NCBI GenBank assembly: GCA_032718475.1 | Contig: JAUCBJ010002193.1 | Coordinates: 1-36,856 of the forward strand | Source of the DNA: Nemertoderma westbladi | Lineage: Eukaryota; Animalia; Xenacoelomorpha | Reading direction: 5' to 3' | Length of the DNA stretch: 36,856 nucleotides | In this document: positions 1 to 10,504 of the stretch, piece after piece | Layout: each line of letters opens with the position of its first letter | Position numbering within the stretch: position 1 is the stretch's first letter | Notes under the pieces: model-generated | Databases searched by the model: none | What the model saw: the letters and a program-made list of their open reading frames with translations, nothing else | Told to the model about the DNA's origin: nothing | Made by a program: the position numbers and the translations under genes

Positions 1-745
1 TGCCTCACTATGCCTCACTATGCCTCACTATGCCTCACTATGCCTCACTATGCCTCACTATGCCTCACTATGCCTCACTATGCCTCACTATGCCTCACTA
101 TGCCTCACTATGCCTCACTATGCCTCACTATGCCTCGCTATGCCTCACTATGCCTCACTATGCCTCACTATGCCTCACTATGCCTCACTATGCCTCACTA
201 TGCCTCACTATGCCTCGCTATGCCTCACTGCCCTCACTATGCCTCACTATGCCTCGCTATGCCTCACTATGCCTCACTATGCCTCACTATGCCTCACTGC
301 CTCACTATGCCTCACTATGCCTCGCTATGCCTCGCTATGCCTCACTATGCCTCACTTGCCTCACTATGCCTCACTGCCTCACTATGCCTCACTTCCCTCA
401 CTATCCCTCACTTCCCTCACTTCCCTCACTGCCTCACTATGCCTCACTATGCCTCACTATGCCTCACTATGCCTCACTGCCTCACTATGCCTCACTATGC
501 CTCGCTATGCCTCGCTATGCCTCACTATGCCTCACTGCCTCACTATGCCTCACTGCCTCACTATGCCTCACTTCCCTCACTTCCCTCACTTCCCTCACTT
601 CCCTCACTATGCCTCACTGCCTCACTATGCCTCACTGCCTCACTATGCCTCACTATGCCTCACTGCCTCACTTCCCTCACTGCCTCCCTCATTCCCTCAC
701 TTCCCTCACTTCCCTCACTTCCTCACTGCCTCACTTCCCTCACTC
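1..745. repeat. 10-bp tandem satellite (TGCCTCACTA)n, degenerating to 8-9-bp variants (TGCCTCAC, TTCCCTCAC) at the right end; runs off the window start
   Basis: Directly visible; the three overlapping + ORFs (MPHYASLCLT repeats) are translations of it. Confidence 0.98.
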
Positions 746-969
746 CTGTACACTAGCTTTGACTCTCCCAGCTATAGTGATAGTATGCAACCTTGGGAGT
801 TAACGTGCGGTCTTATGAGTAAAGGGCAAGATATGAGACTTCAGGTTGCCTCCATTGATTCACTCTTCTTAACTTTATAAAATAACTCCACCCTTATTTA
901 AAGTTTTAAAAATTATGACTTAGTCGACTAATTTTCCAAAATATATTATAAAAAACATATAATTTCTTG

Positions 970-1130
970 AATAAATAGACCTAATAGTAATAAATATTGT
1001 TGGCAAATACATTTATAATACTAATATAATAATTAAGGATAAATAATCCTAATACTAATATAAATGTTATGGATAAATAGTCCTAATACTAATATAATTG
1101 TTATGGATAAATAGTTTTAATACTATTATG
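970..1130. repeat. AT-rich tandem repeat, ~35-bp unit (GATAAATAGTCCTAATACTAATATAATTGTTATG-like), about 4-5 diverged copies
   Basis: Recurring TAATACTAATATAA and GGATAAATAG motifs at ~35-bp spacing. Confidence 0.75.
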
Positions 1131-1153
1131 AAAGGAACTCAAACAAACAAATG

Positions 1154-2203
1154 TCAATAGTGTCCTCCTGCGCGGGCAAATACTGTACGAGAGTTTGTTG
1201 TCATAGGTCTTCGAAAATAAGTAAAAGCTGGTTGATTTTCTTTAATTTCATCTTCCTCATTAACCAACAGTTTCTTAATTTTATTCAATTGTTCATTAAT
1301 TTTCAGTAATTTACTTTTATTTCCCAGAACCTGTCTTAATATCTCTTCTCTATTTTCCTCATTTTCTTCCATTTGTTTAATAAATTTCCGCATTTGATTT
1401 TTGTTTCCTAATATTTGTCTCAATATCTCTTCTTTATTTTCACCATTCTCTTCTAAATGTTTAATAATTTTCCGCAATTTATTCTTATTTCCAAGTAATT
1501 GTCTCAATATTTCCTTATTATTATCATTTTCATCATCTTCTTCACTTTCCTGACCTTCACTTTCTTCGTCGTCTTCCTGTTCTTCACTTTCTTCGTCCTC
1601 TTCATGACCTTCACTTTCTTCATCCTCTTTCTGACCTTCGCTTTCTTCATCCTCTTCCTGTTCTTCACTTTCTTCATCCTCTTCCTGTTCTTCACTTTCT
1701 TCATCCTCTTCCTGTTCTTCACTTTCTTCATCCTCTTCCTGTTCTTCACTTTCTTCATTCTCTTCCTGACCTTCGCTATCTTCACCCTCTTCCTGACCTT
1801 CACTTTCTTCGTCATCTTTCTGATCTTCACTTTCTTCGTTCCCAACTTCACTCTCTTCAACTTCATCTTGACCCTCACTATTTTCATTCTCCATCTCATC
1901 GTCCTCTTCTTCTTCATCTTCCTCACTCAAATTCTCATCATTTTCTAGGGGTAACTGTTTTTGTATCCCTTTCAAAATATTCATAACTTTATGAAATTTA
2001 TTTTCCATTGTCTGTTTTATCTTTAAAATATCACGCTCAACTCTCTTTTTCTTTTCATCTTCACTAAAAACATCTTCGGATTTTTTAAATTTCTTTGGTA
2101 ATGGATCCATTAGTTTATCCTTTCTATGTCTTTCCATATGACGAGATAGATTATCTTGTCTCATTTCTTTATTACAAACCAAACATCTTTCATCTCTATG
2201 CAT
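1154..2203 (-). CDS. Intronless 349-aa protein: N-terminal single C2H2 zinc finger, long acidic Glu/Asp repeat, C-terminal repeated coiled-coil
   Basis: ATG-to-stop ORF in AT-rich DNA. CLVCNKEMRQDNLSRHMERH fits C-x2-C-x11-H-x3-H. EEQEEDEESE repeats and three EILRQ(L/I/V)LGNK repeats. Confidence 0.65.
   Translation of the reverse strand: MHRDERCLVCNKEMRQDNLSRHMERHRKDKLMDPLPKKFKKSEDVFSEDEKKKRVERDILKIKQTMENKFHKVMNILKGIQKQLPLENDENLSEEDEEEEDDEMENENSEGQDEVEESEVGNEESEDQKDDEESEGQEEGEDSEGQEENEESEEQEEDEESEEQEEDEESEEQEEDEESEEQEEDEESEGQKEDEESEGHEEDEESEEQEDDEESEGQESEEDDENDNNKEILRQLLGNKNKLRKIIKHLEENGENKEEILRQILGNKNQMRKFIKQMEENEENREEILRQVLGNKSKLLKINEQLNKIKKLLVNEEDEIKENQPAFTYFRRPMTTNSRTVFARAGGHY
1545..1835 (-). 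repeat. 30-bp coding minisatellite (10-aa acidic unit) inside the C2H2 ORF
   Basis: TTCTTCACTTTCTTCATCCTCTTCCTG-type unit repeated about 9 times, frame-preserving. Confidence 0.85.
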
Positions 2204-2883
2204 TATATAGCAATGTCAATTGATATTATGAATTTTCGCTGAATGATTTTACAAAATTTTAAATAAATAAAACTTTTATGAAAATAAATAAAACTTTTAA
2301 AAATAAAAATTAGAGAATGAATGGGAATGCGGTGACTAGGGGCTATTATAGAGGGAGGTTAGAATGGAGTTGTGAAAGAAGAATGCAATCTATTGCAAGA
2401 GCAGATGTTTATTATAATTTCTCGGACGAATTGATGTAATAACGAAGCTATAGGTTTGAATAATTTAAACTCTGTGGCAGGCCCCATTCACGCAGGCCCC
2501 ATTCATGCATTGATGTTTGGGTTAGTCATGCTACGGTTAATAAGAGCCCAACAACCGCAGATTATTGAGGGATGACTCAGGGCCAAACTGGGCCACTTTA
2601 TTTTTGTGTGAGGGTAATTTATGTTTTGGGCCTCGATTGCGTCTATTTATTTAATTCTATCTTTACCTTCTACTGTATGACAAAAATAAATATATATTAT
2701 AAGTAATTACGTACGTAATAAACACTAATATATTGCACTAATCTACTAAATAATCACTAAAATAACATTCTACTAAATAAAATTAAAGAAAACGATTATA
2801 ATAAAATTACATAATAATACATACATAAATATAAAATAAAACAAATATAAAATGATATAGTCACACGCCCACTCCATATGTTA

Positions 2884-5800
2884 TTACGTTATGGAGTCCC
2901 TAGATATTTGTCGGATTAGGGAAGTGGTCGTAGGAAGAGTATCTTGCCTTCCATAGTTTCGGGACAGTTTTCGGTCTCTTTCCAGTAAACATAAACGACT
3001 AGCTGGGCGATTTAGTTGTTGTGTTACTTTCTCCGCTCCCTTGGCCTGTCTAATCTTCACCGGGGTAAGATGAGGAGGCCATTCTCCTTCTTCTTTACTT
3101 AAGAAGTCGGATCCACCTAACCAGCCTGGATTATCTATCAGTTCTTGAGGAGTTGCTCCTCTGGAAGCGATGTCGGCTGGATTAATCGTCCCAAGGCAAT
3201 GTCTCCATTGATCTACATTGGAGTTAATATCGTCATTATCTGAGGAGTATGGTGTTCCCTCAGTTGGATCGTCCACATCACTGCTCTCCACTTCCCATTC
3301 CTTTACTTGGTATACCTGTTGTTGAGGTAATCTCTCTTTGAGAGTTCTACGGGAAGGGCCAGTGAAGTACCAACCTACTCTAGTTCTTACCGCATAGGTT
3401 TGTAGTGGCTGCGGTTGAGCAGGCCGTTTCTCCAATGTCTCGAGCGCCTCATGCGCGTTTTGGCCGATGAGTATTTGCACTCCAGGATAATCTGTCTGGA
3501 ATCGAGGTATCTTAAGATGTTGGATGCTCTCATCCTCGTCCCAATTATAAAGGTCTGCTTGGGTAGTAGCGAAGTTCTTTATAGCCACCATTTTTACCGA
3601 CCTTATACCTTGTGCTCCTAATTTATCCTGGGGGGTGGACAACACACCTACATAGTAATCTGCCGTTAGGGTAGATTTCCAAACCTGCATAATTCCTGAC
3701 ATATTCAATTTAGTCCGGAATTTGGGTTGTCCAGCAAAGATATCTTCGGCTAGTTCTTGATCGATGAATATTCCTGTGCTGCCGGAGTCAAGGAGGGCGT
3801 TCACTATGTTACTTTTGTTAGGACCGTGAACTCTTACCTGCACTACAGGAAATTCTCTGATTCCTACGTTGGAAGTGGGAGCTTTCCAAGATGGTTGTCT
3901 GTCAAAGGTAGTTGGGGGGAACTCATTGTCGGTGTCCTTTTCATGCGTAAGTGCTCGATACACTGCGGTATTTATTAAGTAACAGGATTCGTTGGCGTCG
4001 GAGAATTCGTCCGTATAGAATCCTTCCATCTCAGATTCTTGATCAGTGTCATTTACATCACTGAATTGGACATGTAGTTCGGGCTCACTTACCTGACTCG
4101 GGTTGTCTCGTTCGAACTCACTGTGTAACAAGATGTGATGTTTCGCGCCACACTTTGCACACTTTACGTCGGAGTAACAGGTTCGCCGTTGGTGTCCTGA
4201 TCTGAGGCAATTATAGCATAACCGCTTATTCCACAGGACTGTACGTCTGTCTACAAGGGATTTCTTTATAAATTCAGCACACGCACTCAAACGGTGGGGC
4301 CCGTCGCACAGCGCACATTTTGGTTTGATGTTACTCACCTTACCTTGGGTAACGTTATGCACTCTCGTTCTTTCTTCGGGCTTTCTTCCGTGAATTCTCT
4401 TAGGAGACGTAGGAGGAGTTGTTGTTATCTGTTCTCTCCTGTCACTGGTTCGAGACTTGTATTTACTTACGTCTTTATAGGTCTTGTTGTCATAGTAAGA
4501 TTTTGCTGTGTCTTTCCCGCTGTCCTCTTCTTGAGAAGCTTGGCTTTCGCCGTCGTCAGTGTAACACACTGGTATTATCCTTCTCCTAGAAACGGGTTTC
4601 TCACTTACCTTATTTTCCAATGTTTTCTCTCTGGACTGCTTTATGAGTTGTAATTTTACTTCACTATCTAAGAAGGACATGAGATCAGCCATGGTAGGGC
4701 TTCGTCGTTGTTGTTCATTCATGTACAACACTTTCTTGTCCCAGCGTGTACATACTCCACCCTTTGGTAAAGTAGAGACTACGGCTCCAATAACCATGGA
4801 ACTCTGATATTCATGAGACTTACCTAACCAGTCCAATTGTCTACAAATCTCCTGAATCTCATCGGAAAACTCTATAATCCCGCTACTAAGGAAGTTTCGG
4901 GGGGCTACTAATTTTGCATACAAATACTTAGCTATGTTATCCTTGTTACCATACCTGATGTTTAATGTATCCCAAACTTGTCTTAATCCTTCTGGATGTC
5001 CAATAAACTTTAACGCCATTAACTTGGGAGGTCCTTCCAAGCACTTGATGAGGAACCTAAGTTTCTCTCCGTTAGATAGCACAGAGTTCTGTATGCTGTC
5101 TTTGTAATATTCGTTGAAAGGTAACCATTTCATCTCATCTCCATTGAATTTGACGATCTCTCCCACTTTAACCGCTTGGCGGGCTTCTGTTCTAGCCATC
5201 TGACGCGTAAAGCTTTCTTGGGCCATCGTGTTATTTAATATCGAATTATCGGTATATAAATTTCTCGGATCATTGTCAGGTCTATAGGGAATATCATTAA
5301 CAACAGGTCTATAATCACCCTTAATAGGGTTTGCTATAGGAGTTTCTACTTCACTAGCAGTATAGATGCGTGTAGGCTCCACACCTTGCGCATGTAATAC
5401 TTCAGACCTAACAGGTTGACACAATGTTACAGGGGGTATTGGTATGCCCTTTTGTATATTGACTAATTTGTCGCGTTCCAGTGCGATACTTTGCTGCACT
5501 TCTTGCAATTCTGCCCTACCTTCCCTTACTGTTCCCTTAAGCTGGTGGACAGTCTCCTGCATCTGTCCGAGCAGGAGATTCATCCCCCGCCGTCCCTCCT
5601 CTACCCACTCGACCGCCGAAGCGGGAGTCGCCAACATTGTAGCGGGCTGACGCGGGACGACGGGATACAAATCCTTGATTTCTCTCTCAGTGTCCAGGAC
5701 AGGGATATTCGCATGGACTGTTCTACCGGGCACAGGCAGTGTAGTACTGTGTAAAGGGAATTTAGAGTTAAGCTCTGGAAGTACAGGGGTCTCTAGCACA

Positions 5801-5916
5801 GAAGTGGCTTTGGGAACGACAGGCCTAATTATTTCATGCTCATCAACTATGGTAGGGAGTCTTTTGACCTTAATAATTTGGTCTGTGGGTTCTGTACTAC
5901 CTAAGTCTGTCAGCTG
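2884..5916 (-). CDS. BEL/Pao Gag-protease polyprotein, C-terminal part, fused in frame to RNase H-tail and integrase C-terminal remnants
   Basis: DUF1759-like core (KFNGDEMKWLPF...EKLRFLIKCLEGPP...RYGN). Knuckles CALCDGPHRLSAC, CYNCLRSGHQRRTC, CAKCGAKHHILLH. Protease ALLDSGS. WRHC..NPADIASRG..WP and RPASRLCLL motifs. No RT YxDD and no DDE integrase core. Confidence 0.88.
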   Translation of the reverse strand, partial: QLTDLGSTEPTDQIIKVKRLPTIVDEHEIIRPVVPKATSVLETPVLPELNSKFPLHSTTLPVPGRTVHANIPVLDTEREIKDLYPVVPRQPATMLATPASAVEWVEEGRRGMNLLLGQMQETVHQLKGTVREGRAELQEVQQSIALERDKLVNIQKGIPIPPVTLCQPVRSEVLHAQGVEPTRIYTASEVETPIANPIKGDYRPVVNDIPYRPDNDPRNLYTDNSILNNTMAQESFTRQMARTEARQAVKVGEIVKFNGDEMKWLPFNEYYKDSIQNSVLSNGEKLRFLIKCLEGPPKLMALKFIGHPEGLRQVWDTLNIRYGNKDNIAKYLYAKLVAPRNFLSSGIIEFSDEIQEICRQLDWLGKSHEYQSSMVIGAVVSTLPKGGVCTRWDKKVLYMNEQQRRSPTMADLMSFLDSEVKLQLIKQSREKTLENKVSEKPVSRRRIIPVCYTDDGESQASQEEDSGKDTAKSYYDNKTYKDVSKYKSRTSDRREQITTTPPTSPKRIHGRKPEERTRVHNVTQGKVSNIKPKCALCDGPHRLSACAEFIKKSLVDRRTVLWNKRLCYNCLRSGHQRRTCYSDVKCAKCGAKHHILLHSEFERDNPSQVSEPELHVQFSDVNDTDQESEMEGFYTDEFSDANESCYLINTAVYRALTHEKDTDNEFPPTTFDRQPSWKAPTSNVGIREFPVVQVRVHGPNKSNIVNALLDSGSTGIFIDQELAEDIFAGQPKFRTKLNMSGIMQVWKSTLTADYYVGVLSTPQDKLGAQGIRSVKMVAIKNFATTQADLYNWDEDESIQHLKIPRFQTDYPGVQILIGQNAHEALETLEKRPAQPQPLQTYAVRTRVGWYFTGPSRRTLKERLPQQQVYQVKEWEVESSDVDDPTEGTPYSSDNDDINSNVDQWRHCLGTINPADIASRGATPQELIDNPGWLGGSDFLSKEEGEWPPHLTPVKIRQAKGAEKVTQQLNRPASRLCLLERDRKLSRNYGRQDTLPTTTSLIRQISRDSIT

Positions 5917-7805
5917 ACAGTTGTCTTCTGACCAGTACTCTGTTAATCTACAGGAGCTAATAAACCAACAGGTTGATGCCATCAATGATGCTGACGACAG
6001 CAGGCAATCATCCCAGGCATGGAAATCGATCAATCTGCTTACTGGGCGGAAAAGCCAACCAACCATCAAGGTTAAGGCTGAATCACCAGCCGATCGCCTC
6101 AATGGTTGGAAAGCCCACTTTGAAAAGCTCCTCAATAATGACAGGGTATTGCCTGATAACTTTATAGAAGTAAAAGTGTCTGAGTCTGTACTCCCAGATA
6201 TTCCCATTGGCGATATCTCCTTTGCAGAAGTGAAGGCTGCTGCAAAGAGCATTAAGACCAATCGTGCCAGTGGAGTAGATGGTGTTCCCCCTGAGGTCTT
6301 TAAAATACCTGAGTGTTTAAAGCTCATCTATCCCATCATAGTAGACATGTACCGTACAACAAGAGTCCCACAAGAAATGAAAACAAATAAGTTGGTGCCA
6401 GTTCCCAAGAAGGGCAACCTAACACTCTATGGTTCTTTTCGGGGAATCTCATTGATCTCGATTGCTGCAAAACTATACAATAGAATTCTATTAAATCGCA
6501 TCAGGGATCCCATTGAGAGACTGCTACGTGGAAATCAGAATGGGTTCCGTAAAGGTCGTGGGACCATGGAGCCCATTTTGGCACTTAGAAGGATAATTGA
6601 AGAGTTATCAAAAAAGAAAGACAGGCACCTGGCTGTTATCTTTGTTGACTTCTTCAAGGCCTTTGATTCAGTCTCTCGCTCACGTATGTTCAGCATACTT
6701 TCATTATATGGGATTCCTGATGAAATTATTGCAGCAATCAGATCAGTATACGATGGTTCGACAACATTTGTGTCTACTGTTGACGGTGACACAGAACCAT
6801 TTGAAGTGTTATGGGGCGTCCTCCAAGGAGACACACTTGCACCATTCTTGTTCATTATTGTGGTTGACTATGTTCTACGCATGTCCTTAGATCATCATAA
6901 TGATGATGGGGTGATGATAACTCCACCTACTGGCTCCAGAAGTCGAGGAAATCCTGCCACGTACCTAACTGATCTAGACTTTGCTGATGACTTAGGAGTA
7001 CTCTCAGAATCATTAGAGGGAGCCCAGCGGCTCCTCAGCTCATTAGAACATGCTGCTTCTAGTGTTGGTCTTTTTATTAACTCCAGAAAGACCAAAATTC
7101 TGACAGTTAACTTTGAAAGTCCTCAGCAAGTCTCTGATCGGATGAGCATAAGCTCAAAGGATGGTATGCTTGAGCATGTGGACGACTTCTGTTACCTGGG
7201 ATCATGGATCCGGAAGTCAGGTGAGGACCTTCGAATACGTAAGGGAAAGGCATGGGCAGCCTTGAATAGGCTTTCCAGGATTTGGAAGTCACCTAGAATT
7301 AATCGGAAACTTAAGGTCCGATTATTTACAGCAGCAGTAGTTCCAGTACTCCTCTACGGGAGTCCATGCTGGGCTCTAACTGCTGAGGACACCAAATCTC
7401 TGGATGGCACATTCACAAGAATGCTACGCCGGGTACATTGTGTCAAGTACAATGCACACATCTCCAACCAGACACTATATAACATTGGAGGTGTCTCATT
7501 GGTTCCCCCAAGCTTGACACTAGAACAAAATCGCCTCCGCTTTGCAGGACATTGCTTTCGCCGTGAGGACCAGCCAGTGCATAATCTTGTACTTTGGCAG
7601 CCTCATGGAGTGAATAAGCATGGTGGACAGCCCATGACTTTCTTGAGACGCATCTTAAAGGACACTGGCCTTAAAGATGCGGATGATCTAGCAAATGTCA
7701 TGGGTGATAGGGAGTTGTGGCGGTGCAATTTTGTTGACAAGCCGGCACAGCATTCTTAAAAATGCAGCTGCAATGCAGCATGCCGATCCTAGTAGTAGTA
7801 GTAGA
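5917..7805 (+). mobile_element. 5'-truncated RTE-clade LINE with (TAG)n tail and probable 6-bp TSD CAGCTG (5911-5916 / 7806-7811)
   Basis: RT ORF, short 3' UTR and CCTAGTAGTAGTAGTAG tail; flanks on both sides belong to the BEL gag. Confidence 0.9.
5921..7759 (+). CDS. Non-LTR reverse transcriptase (RTE/RTEX type), uninterrupted, endonuclease domain missing by 5' truncation
   Basis: Motifs KKGNL..YGSFRGISL, QNGFRKGR, FVDFFKAFDSV, GVLQGDTLAPFLF, LDFADDL, FCYLGS, VLLYGS..W, RLRFAGHCFR. The TTG start is not a real start. Confidence 0.93.
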   Translation: MSSDQYSVNLQELINQQVDAINDADDSRQSSQAWKSINLLTGRKSQPTIKVKAESPADRLNGWKAHFEKLLNNDRVLPDNFIEVKVSESVLPDIPIGDISFAEVKAAAKSIKTNRASGVDGVPPEVFKIPECLKLIYPIIVDMYRTTRVPQEMKTNKLVPVPKKGNLTLYGSFRGISLISIAAKLYNRILLNRIRDPIERLLRGNQNGFRKGRGTMEPILALRRIIEELSKKKDRHLAVIFVDFFKAFDSVSRSRMFSILSLYGIPDEIIAAIRSVYDGSTTFVSTVDGDTEPFEVLWGVLQGDTLAPFLFIIVVDYVLRMSLDHHNDDGVMITPPTGSRSRGNPATYLTDLDFADDLGVLSESLEGAQRLLSSLEHAASSVGLFINSRKTKILTVNFESPQQVSDRMSISSKDGMLEHVDDFCYLGSWIRKSGEDLRIRKGKAWAALNRLSRIWKSPRINRKLKVRLFTAAVVPVLLYGSPCWALTAEDTKSLDGTFTRMLRRVHCVKYNAHISNQTLYNIGGVSLVPPSLTLEQNRLRFAGHCFRREDQPVHNLVLWQPHGVNKHGGQPMTFLRRILKDTGLKDADDLANVMGDRELWRCNFVDKPAQHS

Positions 7806-8793
7806 CAGCTGGGGGCAAATCAGGCAGTTTATGACGGTGAGATGTTTTTCTACGCCTGCTTAGACGAGATCTATTTCCTCCGCCTTCCGGATCGGTGGTT
7901 TCGCCTTCCTCCGATGATGTGTATCCTTGGCGTTTGGGAGTAGATCGACTCATCATCTGCATTTGATTAGCAGTTAACTGTTTATTTATGCAGTCTTGCG
8001 TCTCTTGCAGATTTTCCAACTCCAGTTGGGTAGTCTCCTCAGACGCTCTCCTTTCTGCTTCTGCCATTGCAGCTGCTAAAGCCGCTTTTCTTTCTGCTTC
8101 TGCCACTGCAGCTGCCAAGGCCGCTGCTATTTTCTTTCTGTCTTCTATCGCTTTTTTCTTTAATTGTTCTTCTTGGACTCTAACAAGGCGGAGTCGTTCA
8201 TCAAATTTAGCTTGGTTCGCAGCTAACATTTCCGCATCGATTGCGTCCAACACAAGCTTGGTTCCTTCACTATTAGGGCGAAGTCCAGACAGTCGTCTCC
8301 TCAACTCTTCGTCTCCTAGGAATCGCTGATAGTCTGACAGATAGATGTCAATGGCGTCTCTAGTTTGTGGCTTCTCTGCTGCTGTTAATTCGCTTTCCAC
8401 TTCGCTTTCCACTTCGCTTTCCACTTGAGAAGAAGTGGCGTCGGTTGATTCTTCATAGGTTGGCCGCTCATCATAAACCGTATCCGCCATCTTCGCTCCG
8501 CGTTCGGGCGTCCGCTCAACCGTATCCGAACTACTGGAGCTATCGGGCCGCTGAAAACTAGGTTCTTGGCTAGGATGTTGCTGCTGTTTGACAGCTGCTT
8601 CTTGATCCCGCTTGACTTGGGCCCGAGTGCCGATGGTAGACCTACGTTGTTCTACTAGCCTAGGGTCTGACACTACTACTGTAGGGATGGCCTTTCTTAC
8701 AATAGTAGGTGACTTAGACTTGGATCTAGGATGTTCTATACTTTGATCTTGGTCACAGATCCTTTTAATACACTGTCTAAGTCTAATACTCAT
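7806..8793 (-). CDS. N-terminal part of the same BEL/Pao Gag (low complexity, coiled-coil)
   Basis: Same strand, ends exactly at the RTE tail (YYYY is the antisense TAG tail). A coiled-coil N-terminus is usual for BEL Gag. Confidence 0.75.
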
Positions 8794-8821
8794 TCTAACA
8801 CTTTCTAAGATACTGTATACG

Positions 8822-9062
8822 GTATGCTTATAGTATATATATAAGTATTATTACAGACTAGATTTGTCACAGAGTACCGGTATATAATTTTAGCACAAAT
8901 ATATATAAATATATAATAGGCCTATCGTGAATACCGGTATACAGCTGACACTTATAGTATATATAAGTATAATTATTACAGACTAGAATTAATTACAGAA
9001 TACCAGTATGATTTCAGCCTAAATTTATAGAATAAATATAATAAGCCTATTGTAAATACCGG
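8822..9062. repeat. Diverged ~120-bp tandem duplication (2 copies)
   Basis: CTTATAGTATATA..TAAGTAT..TTACAGACTAGA..TACC(G/A)GTAT..GCCTAT(C/T)GT(G/A)AATACCGG occurs twice. Confidence 0.75.
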
Positions 9063-9507
9063 ATTACACCGTATGCGAAGACCGGAGGATGGCATTCACC
9101 CCTCTGGTCGGCACCACCGATGGAATCTGGTGCACCGAGGCCCAGATCCTCATCCGCCACCTCGCCGAGTCACTCGTGGCAAGGCGGGATGGTATGCGGG
9201 AGAGGGGCCTCGCGTGTGTGTTGGGGGGTGTCCGTCGGCGGCTCCAGTTCGCTCTCCTCCGGTCTAGCTCCCTCTGCCTCCGTGGCGGTCGTCGCCCATG
9301 GCGATGCTTGGGATTCGGCGACGGTGCGGGATTGCGCGGCAACGACCTTGCTGGGCAGTATTAGATCCATAAGTCAATCTGTTTTTATAATTATGTAAAT
9401 ATTAGTATAATTAATCAATTATTTATAATTATGTATGTGGGTGAAGGGTTATACATACAATCTATATTTTATTGATGATCATTATATTGTAATTAATTAC
9501 TTTTTTC
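9063..9507 (+). mobile_element. 5'-truncated 3' end of a CRE-clade (RLE) non-LTR retrotransposon with 14-bp TSD ATTGTAAATACCGG (9049-9062 / 9508-9521)
   Basis: Encodes CEDRRMAFTPLVGTTDGIWCTEA...RRRLQFALLRSSSLCLRGGR, near-identical to the C-terminus at 15247-15490; exact flanking direct repeat. Confidence 0.88.
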
Positions 9508-10504
9508 ATTGTAAATACCGGTATGTCAATTATTTTAAAATAATTGAATTTCTGAATGTTAGGGGTTACTTGGTTACTTTACTTACTTTATTACCGTTAT
9601 TTGAGCAGTAGTCCAACTGATTTTAAGACCTAAATGTTGTATAACAGGCCTACTATTTTATTAATAGATTTAGTGGATTTATATGTACCCGTATGAGGGG
9701 TTTTGTTACAATATTGAAATAGATGTTACTATTTCTGGGAAGTAATCACTACACAAAAGCTGTGCGCTCTCAGTGAAGTGCTACTTATTAGACACTAAAA
9801 CAGATAATTCTACTTCCTAAGTTACTTATCTACAAATTACTTACGATACGGGTGAGATTAATTCTCTAACTAAACACAACAAAAATATTACGTACGAATT
9901 TTTAGGGTAATTTTACAGGAAGTCTACAAACCAGCCTAACAAAGGGTTAGAACTTCTGGTTATTACAACAGACAGGATACTACGGTATTTGAGAATAATA
10001 AGTAGTAGTAAATGCACTGCGTTGTCCAGATAGGAAAATACCACCGCCTGACGACCTATAGCCGTATCGCTATAGGTACTACGTTATGTATCACGGAGTG
10101 TTCCTACCTAGAAGTTAATTACCGCGGACTACCAGATCCAACGTGCCTATTAACCACTTTACAACACAATACACTGCCTACACACTAATTACCTTCGGAA
10201 AGCACTGTACACTAAACCCTAAATTCGGTACGAGTACTTGTACAACAGATAACTAGCAGTTAAATATACTTGAACAGTTAAAAGAACCACGGCATCTGCT
10301 GGAGTGACCGGAGCACAAAGTCACCAGTCTTTACCTACGCCAAGCAGCCCGTGTAGTACCGGGGTTAATTTAACTATAACGGTATGTGTAACAAACACAA
10401 TTACTGTAGGAATAAACTTGGGGACATGAATGTTGCGAATAATCGCATAAACTCTGAATAATAAATATTACGCTACCCGTACAGAATACTCAAACAAAAT
10501 ACAA

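Larger units (their letters stand above)
2866..8793 (-). mobile_element. BEL/Pao LTR-retrotransposon derivative (Gag-protease only), interrupted by an RTE LINE; true ends not resolved
   Basis: Gag core, triple zinc knuckle, aspartic protease and BEL-type C-terminal remnants in the - ORFs. Purine-rich GGAGTGGGCG followed by TGTGA at ~2875-2861 could be a PPT/3' LTR start, but no second LTR was found. Confidence 0.85.

Noticed and set aside
1-745. Possible telomere array or CRISPR array
   Set aside because: No unique spacers; the unit is not a known telomeric repeat and it degrades like a satellite. A chromosome end cannot be judged from this window.
10-880. Three long + ORFs of MPHYASLCLT repeats
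   Set aside because: Stop-free translation of a 10-bp satellite in all three frames; no coding evidence.
1499-1948. Phe-rich and Lys-rich alternative ORFs
   Set aside because: Shadow frames of the acidic 30-bp repeat.
5917-6327. N-terminal ~137 aa of the 1147-aa ORF, including a signal-peptide-like stretch
   Set aside because: Antisense read-through of the inserted RTE; the real gag N-terminus is at 7806-8793.
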